Of a DNA stretch of 64,000 bases, positions 9,789 to 19,877 are shown in pieces. The notes below the pieces were generated by a model. It saw nothing but the letters and a program-made list of their open reading frames with translations. It ran no database searches and was not told where the DNA came from. How positions within the stretch are numbered: position 1 is the stretch's first letter; each line of letters starts with the position of its first letter. A program made the translations under genes and the position numbers. Source of the stretch: a virus; IMG/VR virus record IMGVR_UViG_3300010883_000009, positions 29,876 through 93,875 of that record. One strand, 5' to 3'.

Positions 9789-12700
9789 TTACTTCTCTCC
9801 GTAGATCGTCAAATCCTTATCGAACTTGGTATTGCCAATCGTGAAAGAATTTTCCAACTGACTTTGCAGATCATTTACTCCAGCAGTTACCATAGGAGTA
9901 GACTCCTGCACGATTGCAGGGATGCTGTAACCAGCTTCAACTGTCTGTCCTGACTGAGCTTCTGCTGTCTTAATAGTCGTCTCAGGGAACATACGATTCG
10001 CCATAACCTGAATCTGATCCGTCTCAAAGCCCATAAGAGCTTGTACGACAGTATCAAATGTATCCTTGTCCTTGGCGACTCGTTGATTCGCTACGAGCCA
10101 TGCAGCCGTCTGAACCGCTTCGTTCTTGCGAGCTTGGGCGATTCTGTCAAGCTGTACCTGACGCTTCTGCTGTACCTGCTTTAGGATCTCGTCGTTAGTT
10201 CCGGGCATTCCCTTACCAGTATTGGCATGATCATATCCTTGCTGAACTTCCTTTTCGTGACCCATGTAAGCGTCTGATACAGGAACGTCTGGTCCATCTG
10301 CCTTGGGGTTGATGTTATCTGCGCCTTCGTTACCCATCTCAGCATTTGCTCGGGGTACATCGGGCTTAGCAGCAGGAACGTCGATGTTATCCGGTCCTTC
10401 GTTGCGGATTGTAGCGTCAGAGCGTGGAACGCCTGCTTCTACATCGCCTTCAACCGTATCAACTTCCTTCAACTTCTTTGCCTGCTTCTCTTGAGAAGCC
10501 TGCTTGATTTCATCATCACCTTCAGCAATGACGGTTCCCTTGATCTCGTTATTAATGGCAGGCATTCCCTTACCAGTATTGGCATGATCATATCCTTGCT
10601 GAACTTCCTTTTCGTGACCCATGTAGGAACTGTCTACGGGAGTCTCGGGGAGACCAGCCTTAGGATTGATGTTGTCTGCGCCTTCATTGCCAAGTTCGGC
10701 ATTTGCGCGAGGAACATCGGGTTGCGCCATTGAGACATCAATGTTATCTGCGCTTTCATTTCTGATAGTCGCGTCAGATCTTGGGACTCCAGCTTCTACA
10801 TTGCCTTCGATGTCCTTTACCTGTTTTGGGGTACTTGCCATCTTCAAAACCTCCTCATTAGTATTTCTAACTCTTTTGGAATTCATAGTCAAAGCTAGTC
10901 GCATTTCTTCCTCAGGGTCAATTTCTTCCTCTGAAGCTTCAACTTGAACTTCAACTGATGCTACAATGTTCTCTTTTTCAGAAGCAGACTCTTTTTTGTC
11001 ATCGTCTTTGCCTTTGCCTTTGCATTCGCAAGGATCACATTCGCATTTCTTGCAGCAATCCCCATCATCCTTGTCGCACTTGCAACTAGCTTTTGGGTTT
11101 TTGCAGTCATCGCAGAAGAAACCTTTAGCTTCAACAACGATTTCGTCCTCAACTTCTGCTTCAACTTCGATATAATCCGCAGGAGGAAGTTCGGTTCCGA
11201 TATCCTCTTCGTCAGCCTGAGCTAACTTCTGATGCTCTGCTTCGACCTCAGCAGATTTTTCTTCTGCCAAAATACGATCCAAAGTAGCTAAGTCGCCAGC
11301 CGTGATTCCATCTTCTCGACCCTCTTCGGCGTCATCTGAGAATGCCTGAGCGTAAACGTTCTGCATCCATTCAGAAGCGAAACGCTTCTTGATGCAGTTA
11401 CAGATAGCCTCAGCTTCCTTCAAAGTATGCCCTTCGCTGTCGGTCTGATCCTCAATGCACTCGTCCCATGGGTCTTTCTCCATCGAAATAGAGGCAAGCT
11501 TGTTCAAGTGACGAATCTTTCGGAATCCAAGCTTCTGAAGCTGTCCGCATACGCATTCAGCTAAAAGCTTACCTTTGCAAGGACCAAACGATGCAACCGT
11601 GTCGCCGCCATATCTGCGAGCTAAACGTTCCATGCAAGCGCTTACGGGGAATTCGTCTGCATTTGCAGCAGCCGTCTTCAACATTTGAGCAACTCTGACC
11701 TCAGAAGCAAACTTAAGAGCCTCTTCCTTGCAGCTTTCGCAATTCTCAACGTCAGGGAAGAGATCCCATTGTACTCTGAGATAACCGACCTCTGGGTTGC
11801 TTGCGCTTACCATGAAGTCCTTCTCTACAGGAGTTCCGCATGCTGTGCAAGAGAACTCAGTATGACCATCTTCTTCTGCCGATGCTTCGCAGTTATCCTT
11901 GCCGCAAGCTGGGCAAACATGTCCGTGCTCTTCCTGATTCTTGGCGATACGAACAATCGCATCCTTGCCAAGGCTAGTCTGAGCCGCTACGGGCAATGCA
12001 GGAACCTCAGGAACTTCAGGAGCTTCAGGAGTATCAACTCCCTCTTCGCCTACGCTCTTAGTAGGTTTGATGATCTTGAATTCAACTTCCTTCTTGATAA
12101 GGGCTTCATATTCGGCTGTGCAAGCGTTGCATGTGCCATGAATATCTCCGCCTTCATTCGTAACGTCTACGTCGGTACTTCCGCACTCAGGACATACTGT
12201 CCAAGGCATCTGACGTTCGCCAGTCGTAGGAATGTCATCTTCTGCGCTTGTGTCTTCCGTTGTCAAAGCCTGTACGGGGTCTCCCTCCATAGGTGCTGGA
12301 CCCGGCAAACCCTGTTCAGGTGCTGCGCCGCCTGCGCCGGGCATTCCGCCGCCCATAGGGGACTGTGCTTCTCGCGTCATCTTGTCCTTGGACGATGCCC
12401 AAGAGTTTTCAAGACCTTCGCCTGCCATATCGCCTTCAGGGACGGTTTCGGCAGGAGCATCAAGACCTTCAAGACCTTCGCCAATAGGAATCTCGGTTGT
12501 TCCTTCGCCCGTATCAATGTTGACCTCATTCTCTTCGGTGTCCGTTTGGACTGCGATTTGAATGGTGTCGCCGCTGATTGTTACGTTCGTAATGGAACCT
12601 AAACGAAGATTCTGAGAAGCGAGTGCGCCTTTCGTGAAAGCAACAACTGATGGCTTATTGTCGCCCAACTGTCCCGGCTCAACGCCCAACTCTTTAAAAC

Positions 12701-15383
12701 TGGTTTCAATTACCGTGTCAGCCTCTCCAATCTCTTCCTTGTTGAGGATTTCCTGTTCTTGATCCTTAACGGAAGCGAGAAGATTCTCACGTTCTGAGTC
12801 TCTTTCTGCTCTCGAAGACTCAACATCAACCTGAGGCTTCAACGCAGCGCGAAGTTCATCCTTACGGCTGACCTTAGCGGTTGTCTCTTCCTTGGCTGCT
12901 TCGAGCTTCTCTTCGACTAAAGAAGAAACGCTATCGATACCTTCCTGTCCTTCAGAAATGATATCTACGGCATCCATGAGAAGGTCAGGGTTGATTGTTT
13001 CGTCAGACGCATGAGCGCGAAGACTGTCTACGACAACCTCTGCAATCTCTTTAGTTCCAACGCTAGCAACCCTAAGATTCTTATTCTGCCAATAGGCAAC
13101 TCTCTTTGCGTAATCGATATCTTCTCTTGATTTTGAATCTTCGAAAAGCGATACGCCCAAATTGTATCTACTTTCAAGCGAGTCAACCAAGGATGCTGCT
13201 ACAGAACATGCTTCCTCGGGAGTACAACCCGTCTTGATAGCGGACGAGGCCATAACATCAACTACCGTCTGCATATGCTCGGACGCGCTCTTGAACCTAG
13301 CTGCATCCCTTCCGGCGGCTCTCGCCCAAGGTGCTGCTACGTTACGAAGTTGATCCTCGGTAATTGTATTTGGCTCGTTATCAACGCGCTTGCCCTCATC
13401 AGGCAATTGCTGTTGTGTAATAGAGTGCTGGTCGCCTTCGATCCTATTATCGCCTTCCATTTGTCCTTCTTGGACTTGATCCGGAGCGTCACCCTCTCTT
13501 GGGTGCTGCTTCAATTCAGGATCATCCAATTGACCTTCGGTGATCTCATTCTTTTCGCCCGAGCGCTTCTCTTCGAGTTGCTCTTGGGTAATAGAATGTT
13601 TTTCATCCTTCTGTCTGGCGTGATAAAGATCGGAACGCTCAAGCTGACCCTCTTGAACCTGATCTGGAGTCGTTGCTCCAGCTTCTTTGCTGATATCAGT
13701 CATCTTTTTTACTCCTTCTTTTGTAGTATTGAGATTATTCGCAAATGTATCCAATAACTTAATTGCTGCGTCTTTAGGGGAATCGATAATTTCTCCACGT
13801 TCTTGTTCTGTCAGGTCTTCATACGTCCAAACCTTTTTCGCAGAAGAGTCTTTATCTTCCGCGACGATGATGAACGAGTCATCACGTTTATTGACAGACA
13901 AGCGATGATCATTGTTTTGTATTGATGGTACTTTCTTTATATACTCGAAAAAGGATTGTTTTTCCTCCCACGAATTTGATAGAACTTCAATAGCCTTCTT
14001 TTTTTGTGCTTGCTTCTCAGCAATTGTTCGTCTTGCTCCCATCTCTGTTTCTCCTGTTTTGTTGATTCTTTCACAAATATTCGATGCATTTCTTACAATT
14101 GCTTTTCCGTCCGCTACGCGCTGTTCAAAGGGAACGTCCTTAATTGCGCAGCTTATATCTGAGACTCTCTGAATTGAACGACTGTCCTGAACATCCGATG
14201 TTCTCGGCTTAACAGGAGCAGTAATAGGTAAATTTGGGGAAGATGTTGCTGGTGAAGCAGGAGATCCCGAAATACTACCCACTCCCGCCGTAGATTCCGC
14301 AGCAGGCATAGCCGATGGCATTCCTCCGGGCGCAGGCGGCATACCTTCAGGCATAGGTGGTTCTGCTCCAACTGGTCCAGCCCCGCCTTCTTCTAGATTT
14401 CCAACAGTTCCCGGTACTTCATCGCCCATGTTCCCGTATCCTGCTCCTACCAATTCTTCCATCCAAGTCTGAAGATCAGACATAATCTGCACCAAATCGC
14501 TAGAAAACTCCATTTCGACTTGTTGACGATTTTGAATAAGGTTGATAGCAATTTGTTCCAATATCTCTAGACATTGTTCAATTTGATCAATTTCTTCTTG
14601 GCTGGCTTCCTTCTCAATAGCCGCAGTACGAACCATTCGAAGCTCGTTCTCTATGGACGCAACCTTAGCTAAGAAGTTTTCGTTAGGAATAATGCCCTCA
14701 ATATGACAATTCGGGCAGGCAGGATCAACTACAGCGCTCAACTCAATAAACTTGAGTCCGTAGTTGAATTCAAATACATCTTGATCCTTAAAAGACTTTT
14801 CTTCACCAGTTTTAACGTCTCTGGCTCGACCTGTAAATGTTCTTCCCTTGCGGTTACGAATATGCGTACAATAATCTTCGGTACGCTCAGCTTGGTTATT
14901 GCAAATATTACAAACGCTGTATTCAACCGAACAACCCATGCTGACGCCGGTTACATACTCTTCCTCGATTGAACGACAAATATGCGGATATGCATCTCTA
15001 TCAATAAAACAGATAGTGTAGATTGCCTGCTCTTCAGGGACAGCTTCAGCAAAAATAACCTTCCCGCGAGCATTCTCTACGTTCTGATTATCATGGTTGG
15101 TGAAAAAAGGAACGCCTTCAAAGCTCTTGTATGCGGAAAGAAGTTCGTCCCATGAAAAATAATCGCCGTTAGTATTAGGGCAATCGGCTTCAATAGCTTT
15201 AGCACGGAAGAACAAAGCATTGGGATGCTTCTTTATCTCGGCTTCAACGATTTTCGCCTTATCAGAACCGGGTTCAACAATAACCCTACCTGATGCTGTA
15301 CGCATCATTCGGTCACCGTCTTCATTCGCACCCACTAATGGGTTAATGTCTGTAAAGTTAAAAGATGCTTCTTTTACTATCAT
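9789..15383 (-). CDS. prohead maturation protease fused to scaffold (1864 aa)
   Basis: N-terminal NTNGDYF, FTNHDN, RGKVI, GVSMGC, FIELSAVVDPA motifs of HK97/herpes-type prohead proteases with a CxxC insert; long acidic and Cys-rich C-terminal region; upstream of the capsid genes. Confidence 0.82.
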   Translation of the reverse strand: MIVKEASFNFTDINPLVGANEDGDRMMRTASGRVIVEPGSDKAKIVEAEIKKHPNALFFRAKAIEADCPNTNGDYFSWDELLSAYKSFEGVPFFTNHDNQNVENARGKVIFAEAVPEEQAIYTICFIDRDAYPHICRSIEEEYVTGVSMGCSVEYSVCNICNNQAERTEDYCTHIRNRKGRTFTGRARDVKTGEEKSFKDQDVFEFNYGLKFIELSAVVDPACPNCHIEGIIPNENFLAKVASIENELRMVRTAAIEKEASQEEIDQIEQCLEILEQIAINLIQNRQQVEMEFSSDLVQIMSDLQTWMEELVGAGYGNMGDEVPGTVGNLEEGGAGPVGAEPPMPEGMPPAPGGMPSAMPAAESTAGVGSISGSPASPATSSPNLPITAPVKPRTSDVQDSRSIQRVSDISCAIKDVPFEQRVADGKAIVRNASNICERINKTGETEMGARRTIAEKQAQKKKAIEVLSNSWEEKQSFFEYIKKVPSIQNNDHRLSVNKRDDSFIIVAEDKDSSAKKVWTYEDLTEQERGEIIDSPKDAAIKLLDTFANNLNTTKEGVKKMTDISKEAGATTPDQVQEGQLERSDLYHARQKDEKHSITQEQLEEKRSGEKNEITEGQLDDPELKQHPREGDAPDQVQEGQMEGDNRIEGDQHSITQQQLPDEGKRVDNEPNTITEDQLRNVAAPWARAAGRDAARFKSASEHMQTVVDVMASSAIKTGCTPEEACSVAASLVDSLESRYNLGVSLFEDSKSREDIDYAKRVAYWQNKNLRVASVGTKEIAEVVVDSLRAHASDETINPDLLMDAVDIISEGQEGIDSVSSLVEEKLEAAKEETTAKVSRKDELRAALKPQVDVESSRAERDSERENLLASVKDQEQEILNKEEIGEADTVIETSFKELGVEPGQLGDNKPSVVAFTKGALASQNLRLGSITNVTISGDTIQIAVQTDTEENEVNIDTGEGTTEIPIGEGLEGLDAPAETVPEGDMAGEGLENSWASSKDKMTREAQSPMGGGMPGAGGAAPEQGLPGPAPMEGDPVQALTTEDTSAEDDIPTTGERQMPWTVCPECGSTDVDVTNEGGDIHGTCNACTAEYEALIKKEVEFKIIKPTKSVGEEGVDTPEAPEVPEVPALPVAAQTSLGKDAIVRIAKNQEEHGHVCPACGKDNCEASAEEDGHTEFSCTACGTPVEKDFMVSASNPEVGYLRVQWDLFPDVENCESCKEEALKFASEVRVAQMLKTAAANADEFPVSACMERLARRYGGDTVASFGPCKGKLLAECVCGQLQKLGFRKIRHLNKLASISMEKDPWDECIEDQTDSEGHTLKEAEAICNCIKKRFASEWMQNVYAQAFSDDAEEGREDGITAGDLATLDRILAEEKSAEVEAEHQKLAQADEEDIGTELPPADYIEVEAEVEDEIVVEAKGFFCDDCKNPKASCKCDKDDGDCCKKCECDPCECKGKGKDDDKKESASEKENIVASVEVQVEASEEEIDPEEEMRLALTMNSKRVRNTNEEVLKMASTPKQVKDIEGNVEAGVPRSDATIRNESADNIDVSMAQPDVPRANAELGNEGADNINPKAGLPETPVDSSYMGHEKEVQQGYDHANTGKGMPAINNEIKGTVIAEGDDEIKQASQEKQAKKLKEVDTVEGDVEAGVPRSDATIRNEGPDNIDVPAAKPDVPRANAEMGNEGADNINPKADGPDVPVSDAYMGHEKEVQQGYDHANTGKGMPGTNDEILKQVQQKRQVQLDRIAQARKNEAVQTAAWLVANQRVAKDKDTFDTVVQALMGFETDQIQVMANRMFPETTIKTAEAQSGQTVEAGYSIPAIVQESTPMVTAGVNDLQSQLENSFTIGNTKFDKDLTIYGEK
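10204..10625. repeat. internal duplication in scaffold, period 357 nt (119 aa), with a 65-nt identical core
   Basis: 10204-10268 equals 10561-10625 (YMGHEKEVQQGYDHANTGKGMP); VEAGVPRSDATIRNE also repeated. Confidence 0.9.
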
Positions 15384-17071
15384 AACGTTGTCCTTCCTTG
15401 ATACTTTTTAATTACCCGTTCAATCCCCCAAGCACTTTTACCCTTGCCTTGACTTCGTAAATCTTTAGCAATTTTTTGCAATGCTCCAAGCGTCCTTGTC
15501 AGAGTAACCTTCTCTTCTTCCGCTTCTTCCTGCTGTTCTTCGCCGTCTTGAGGCGGAGTTTTCACGGAAGGTCTATCAACCTCTATATTTTCAATTCCTT
15601 CAGAAGGTACTTCGCCTGTATCTTCTACTAACAGTTGTTCTTCATCTTCTACTAACAGTTGTTCTTCATTTTGTGGGATAAATCCTTCTCCGGATCTCAT
15701 TTGAGTTAGATCTAGACTTGTCATATTCACATTAGTTGGCATCTCGAACATAGATGGTATCATAACGAGTTTAGCCCTAGACACTGGGTCAATCTCTGTG
15801 GACTGTACCTCTGCGAACCTCAAAGCGGCAATTTTCAAAGCAGTTTCCATGTCATCGAAACCCTGCCTCATTTCAACTAAATTATTAGCAAACTCTCCCA
15901 CCATCTCTTCATAACCCTTGACCTGTTGAACGTTACCATCCGCATCATGACTCTCTTGAAACGTCCGCACTTGTTGAAGCCAATGAGTAACAATGTCAGG
16001 CGTAAAAAGTCCCTGAGCTTTGCCTTTCTTTTTTGGGCGTTTATTGTTAAGACCTTGAGCTATTGACTCCGGATCATCGCTACCTGTCTCAACAATAATC
16101 TCACAAATCTCTTTCATAAGCTTGATCATTTGAGTTTGTTCTCGGGAAGGCTTAAGCGCTTCAGATCTCTGGCTTCCTGAACGGCGAGGTTTCATAATAT
16201 CTTCAGCCAAAGGATTAACCTGCGCAAATTGTTCAGAAACTTCTTGAGCGAAGTCGTTGTCCATTTTTGCTGCTTCTAAAATTTGATCTTCAGGGATACC
16301 TCTGCGACCCGCTACTGCCTGAATAATCCCTTTGAGTTGCTCTTCTTGTTGGTTATTCTCTGCAACTCGCATAAGTAGCTTGAAAACCCCCTGAGGTTTA
16401 ATCATAAAATAACTACCTACGCCCATAGCTGTTCGATAAGGTGGATCGTTACCTTCATCTAATGACTTCTGATAATCATTAGCCGCCAAAAATTCAGGAG
16501 TCATATCTATCAACTCGTAATCTTCTCCCGGCGTTCCTTTGCCAGAACCAGTTCGCTGACGTACCTGAAGCAAAAAATCGTCTGGAGCAACAACTTCACC
16601 CAATCTAGCAACTCCAAGATCATCAGTAATCTTTTTGTAAGCAGAATGCCCCATCAAAAACTTATTCCAAAGAGTCAAAAGATTTCTAGAATCAGTACTA
16701 GGATAACGCATGGTAAAGTAACCAAACTTATTCTCTTCATCTTCTTGTTTAGTACCTACATATGGTCCTACGCCAACCATATAGGCACCATATGCGGGAT
16801 GATATCCCACATTCATGCTATAGAACTCTTTAACCTGTTCAGGATTGACTTGGTATCGTTCTGCAAATGTATCAACATAATCTTGATACTCAGATTGGAC
16901 ATGATGGATGATTTTTTCGAGCGAGGGATTTTTGGCGACTAATTGATTCCACTTTTCATCTTGTCCGCTCAAAATATTATCGAGTGTGAACCATTCATAT
17001 TCAGGACGGTACGACTGCCAATCCCATCCCATAGCAAATCGATGAAGGTTGAATCGAGCTTTACTTGTCAT
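15380..17071 (-). CDS. hypothetical head-associated protein
   Basis: Probable start MTSKARFNLHRFA; EEQLLVED duplication; C-terminal LQKIAKDLRSQG helix. Confidence 0.7.
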   Translation of the reverse strand: MTSKARFNLHRFAMGWDWQSYRPEYEWFTLDNILSGQDEKWNQLVAKNPSLEKIIHHVQSEYQDYVDTFAERYQVNPEQVKEFYSMNVGYHPAYGAYMVGVGPYVGTKQEDEENKFGYFTMRYPSTDSRNLLTLWNKFLMGHSAYKKITDDLGVARLGEVVAPDDFLLQVRQRTGSGKGTPGEDYELIDMTPEFLAANDYQKSLDEGNDPPYRTAMGVGSYFMIKPQGVFKLLMRVAENNQQEEQLKGIIQAVAGRRGIPEDQILEAAKMDNDFAQEVSEQFAQVNPLAEDIMKPRRSGSQRSEALKPSREQTQMIKLMKEICEIIVETGSDDPESIAQGLNNKRPKKKGKAQGLFTPDIVTHWLQQVRTFQESHDADGNVQQVKGYEEMVGEFANNLVEMRQGFDDMETALKIAALRFAEVQSTEIDPVSRAKLVMIPSMFEMPTNVNMTSLDLTQMRSGEGFIPQNEEQLLVEDEEQLLVEDTGEVPSEGIENIEVDRPSVKTPPQDGEEQQEEAEEEKVTLTRTLGALQKIAKDLRSQGKGKSAWGIERVIKKYQGRTTL

Positions 17072-17480
17072 CTTTCTTTTCATTAGCTTCTTTCCATTTA
17101 TCTACCTTGCCTTTAATGCCGAATAGCTGGGCAGAAGTATAAGGCTTCAATTCTCTTGGGGTATCTACTCCCCAAGTTTCCTTAGCATAACGAGCGGCGG
17201 CATCCATGCTGTCAAAGTACTTGCCGCCTGCTGAAAAAGTAGCTGGTAAACGTCTAACTCCCGCAAAAAATTTAGCTCGGGGTTTATGGACTTGAGCAGG
17301 ACCAATAATGCAGTAATACCCTACACTTTCGTCTGACTTACCTTCGAAACGAAAATAACTGCCGGGTCCAACTACATCCTCAAACATGTCCTTAAGGAAC
17401 TGAGTTTTTTGAGTGTAGACTTGTTTCCAGCCGATATGCTTTTCGACCAATTTTTCTCTAGATAATTTTTCCATAAACAA
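17061..17480 (-). CDS. hypothetical protein
   Basis: 139-aa ORF in head module behind promoter motif; start may be 17474. Confidence 0.7.
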   Translation of the reverse strand: MFMEKLSREKLVEKHIGWKQVYTQKTQFLKDMFEDVVGPGSYFRFEGKSDESVGYYCIIGPAQVHKPRAKFFAGVRRLPATFSAGGKYFDSMDAAARYAKETWGVDTPRELKPYTSAQLFGIKGKVDKWKEANEKKDDK

Positions 17481-17525
17481 AACGCCGCCTCTCTTACAGT
17501 TTTTCTGTAGAGAACGCGGCGTTTC
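17478..17525 (-). terminator. hairpin after portal gene overlapping the next promoter
   Basis: AAACGCCGC...GCGGCGTTT with inner TACAG/CTGTA stem. Confidence 0.55.
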
Positions 17526-17543
17526 CTCTTTTATTTAGTTTTT

Positions 17544-19823
17544 CTATGTGGTATTTGGGGCTGTCAGGCTTGGTTTAGCCTGAAGATCTTGGGCGTTCTG
17601 CTCAAGCCACATGCGTTTACGCATGATTTCTTGGAGAACTGTGCGAACAATTTGTGGACCTGAACGTTCAATTTCGGTATCAGTAAAACGAAGAATTGTC
17701 CATCCTTGTTGCTGTAGTTTCATGTCCCTTGCGTTATCTCTATCGACTTGTTCTCGGGAACCATGAAAGACTTCTCCATCAGCTTCGATACCGATTTTAA
17801 GTTCAGGAATACCAAAGTCAAGAGAATATTCTTGACCAGCAGCGTTAACTCTATATTGTGGATAAATAGTTTCTTTTAACAGACCGTCTTGCTGCGCCTG
17901 CATTAATTTAGGAATTAAATCTCTTTCAGCTTTAGTAAACGCTATACGCCCTTTCTCATCTCTAAAATACCCTTGCTCATCTTTTCCCATGACTCCCTGA
18001 GTTTCTTGTTCCCTGAATATCTTCTCTTGTTCCGACTGTATGCGTTCTCTCGTTCTCTTTTTTAGAACTTTTCCCCCAAACTGGGTGGGATCTGCTACCT
18101 CAGCCGTAATGCTTGTGCTTTTTGGCATTGGTCCTCCGACTCCCCCTCCTACGGGAGAAGGCATTCCTCCTCCTCCTACTGGAGTTCCGGGTCCACCCAT
18201 CTCTCCGGGCGCTCCAATCGGTGGCTCTCCTCCTAATCCGCCGCCTCCGTCTAACGGCGGCATAGCTGAACCGCCTGCTCCGAATCCGCCGCCGCCTGCT
18301 CCTCCCGGAGCCGAAGGTCCAAATCCTTGTCCAATTGCCATGAACTGCAAGGCATCGTAACGCTTTCTCTCGATTTCCTGATCAGGATCAAGATCGAACG
18401 CCTCAAGTACCGTTTGAGCACTTAAGAGACCCTTATCGTAAAGCTGAATAATAAATGTTCTGTATTGCTGCTGATCGCGCAGATGCATCGAAGCCCATTT
18501 GATCTTGGGAATAATGTACTCATCTTCACCCGTATCAGGATTCTTGTCAACGAACCCTTGTCGTTTCGCTTCTGGAAGATAAATGTTTTTCTCGATCCAT
18601 CTAGCGACTTCACTACGGAAAGTATTGAGACGCTGAATCATTGCCTCGATACCGACAGCCGCCGAACTGAAGTTTGGTCCCTCTCCGTTCAACAGCGCAT
18701 TGTTGATCATCATACCGTCGAGAATTTCTTGATTAATGAACTCAAACTCATTAGAAAGAGTAAGAACTCTTCCTGCTGCGCCAACAAAGTCTAATTCGAA
18801 AGCATGGTGAGTAACAATAGTAAGGTTAGGATCGTTAGCTGTTTGAGATAACTGAGACTGTACGTCTGCAATATCAGCGGGACCAGCAGGACGCTCATCG
18901 CTACCGACCTTGACGATCTTGATTGGGACAATTAAACGCTCTGCAACTATCCACTGAGCAACCATCAGTTTCGTTTTGTAGGAAAGAATAGGAAACAAAC
19001 GACGAACCATTCCTATACCAAACTTCTGATATCCACATTCTCCGTACTTTAAATGCGACACATTGCGATTGTCAAGGCGAATAGGTTGTCCTGTAGCGAT
19101 AAGGGCAACAACTTCAGGAGACAATTTCTCATAACCCGGAATCTTTCTTTGTACCATGTTAATCAACTCTTCGTCAGGACGAAGCGCAATCATTGGGTCA
19201 GGGTTAATGGAAGTCGTGTGAACCTCTACATAATCAGGATTTAGGAGAACAACACGGCGTACTGTCCCGCCCTCATGTTCGCATATCTCGTCTCCGACCT
19301 TACCTGCTCCGAAACAATGAGGACAATCGATTTCAATAAAAGGGAAGCAATCTCCCAAAAGGTGAACTTCATGACTAATTAAACGACACCATTTAGGGAG
19401 TTCAATCTTGTCTTTAAGTTTATCGAAATGAATCTTAACGTCTCGATTACGACATTCATGCTCGAAGTCGCTCATGGGAAAATCGCTGTAGAAGTCAACA
19501 GCAGCAGCTACTTTGGGTTCGTTCTCGTAAAAGAAACGCGCCCACTGATACTGTTCTAGACGCTTAGAAGGTATCTGCCAGTTGATCGGGGTGTGAACTG
19601 GTGAGAAGAATTGAGGCTGACCATATACGATACCGGCTGAGGTCGCAGCAGTACGCGACATTCCCGTTCCCCATCCGCCAGTTTCTACTGCGGTAGTTGG
19701 GGCATAGTTATGTTGGGGAATCCTTTTGTAGTCAGGATGGGGCGCTACAATTTTCTTCCCGACTTTAGCGGGATCTCGATTTTTAAGTGCTTGAAAAGCT
19801 TGTTGTAGTCCTGAATCTGCCAT
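17544..19823 (-). CDS. portal protein with C-terminal DUF559-like endonuclease domain
   Basis: FFYENEPKVAAAVD, LLGDCF, LLNPDYV, HLKY...GIGMVRR portal motifs; Gly/Pro linker; YSLDFGIPELKIGIEADGEVFH...RDMKLQQQGWTILRF. Confidence 0.82.
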   Translation of the reverse strand: MADSGLQQAFQALKNRDPAKVGKKIVAPHPDYKRIPQHNYAPTTAVETGGWGTGMSRTAATSAGIVYGQPQFFSPVHTPINWQIPSKRLEQYQWARFFYENEPKVAAAVDFYSDFPMSDFEHECRNRDVKIHFDKLKDKIELPKWCRLISHEVHLLGDCFPFIEIDCPHCFGAGKVGDEICEHEGGTVRRVVLLNPDYVEVHTTSINPDPMIALRPDEELINMVQRKIPGYEKLSPEVVALIATGQPIRLDNRNVSHLKYGECGYQKFGIGMVRRLFPILSYKTKLMVAQWIVAERLIVPIKIVKVGSDERPAGPADIADVQSQLSQTANDPNLTIVTHHAFELDFVGAAGRVLTLSNEFEFINQEILDGMMINNALLNGEGPNFSSAAVGIEAMIQRLNTFRSEVARWIEKNIYLPEAKRQGFVDKNPDTGEDEYIIPKIKWASMHLRDQQQYRTFIIQLYDKGLLSAQTVLEAFDLDPDQEIERKRYDALQFMAIGQGFGPSAPGGAGGGGFGAGGSAMPPLDGGGGLGGEPPIGAPGEMGGPGTPVGGGGMPSPVGGGVGGPMPKSTSITAEVADPTQFGGKVLKKRTRERIQSEQEKIFREQETQGVMGKDEQGYFRDEKGRIAFTKAERDLIPKLMQAQQDGLLKETIYPQYRVNAAGQEYSLDFGIPELKIGIEADGEVFHGSREQVDRDNARDMKLQQQGWTILRFTDTEIERSGPQIVRTVLQEIMRKRMWLEQNAQDLQAKPSLTAPNTT

Positions 19824-19877
19824 ACTTACTCCAAAATGTCACTCTTCATTATACAAATAAAGAGCGTTTTTGTGCGA

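Noticed and set aside
10204-10625. 65-nt direct repeat as attachment site or DGR template/variable pair
   Set aside because: Both copies are identical and in frame within a protein duplication; no integrase or reverse transcriptase seen
11685-12602. 305-aa plus-strand ORF and similar antisense ORFs in the track
   Set aside because: Shadows of well-supported minus-strand genes, without RBS or recognisable motifs
15620-15669. 24-nt duplication (and a 15-nt one at 48705-48733)
   Set aside because: In-frame slippage in low-complexity tails with no evident function
17544-17900. DUF559 domain as part of an intein in the portal
   Set aside because: No intein N-terminal block or terminal HN motif flanks it
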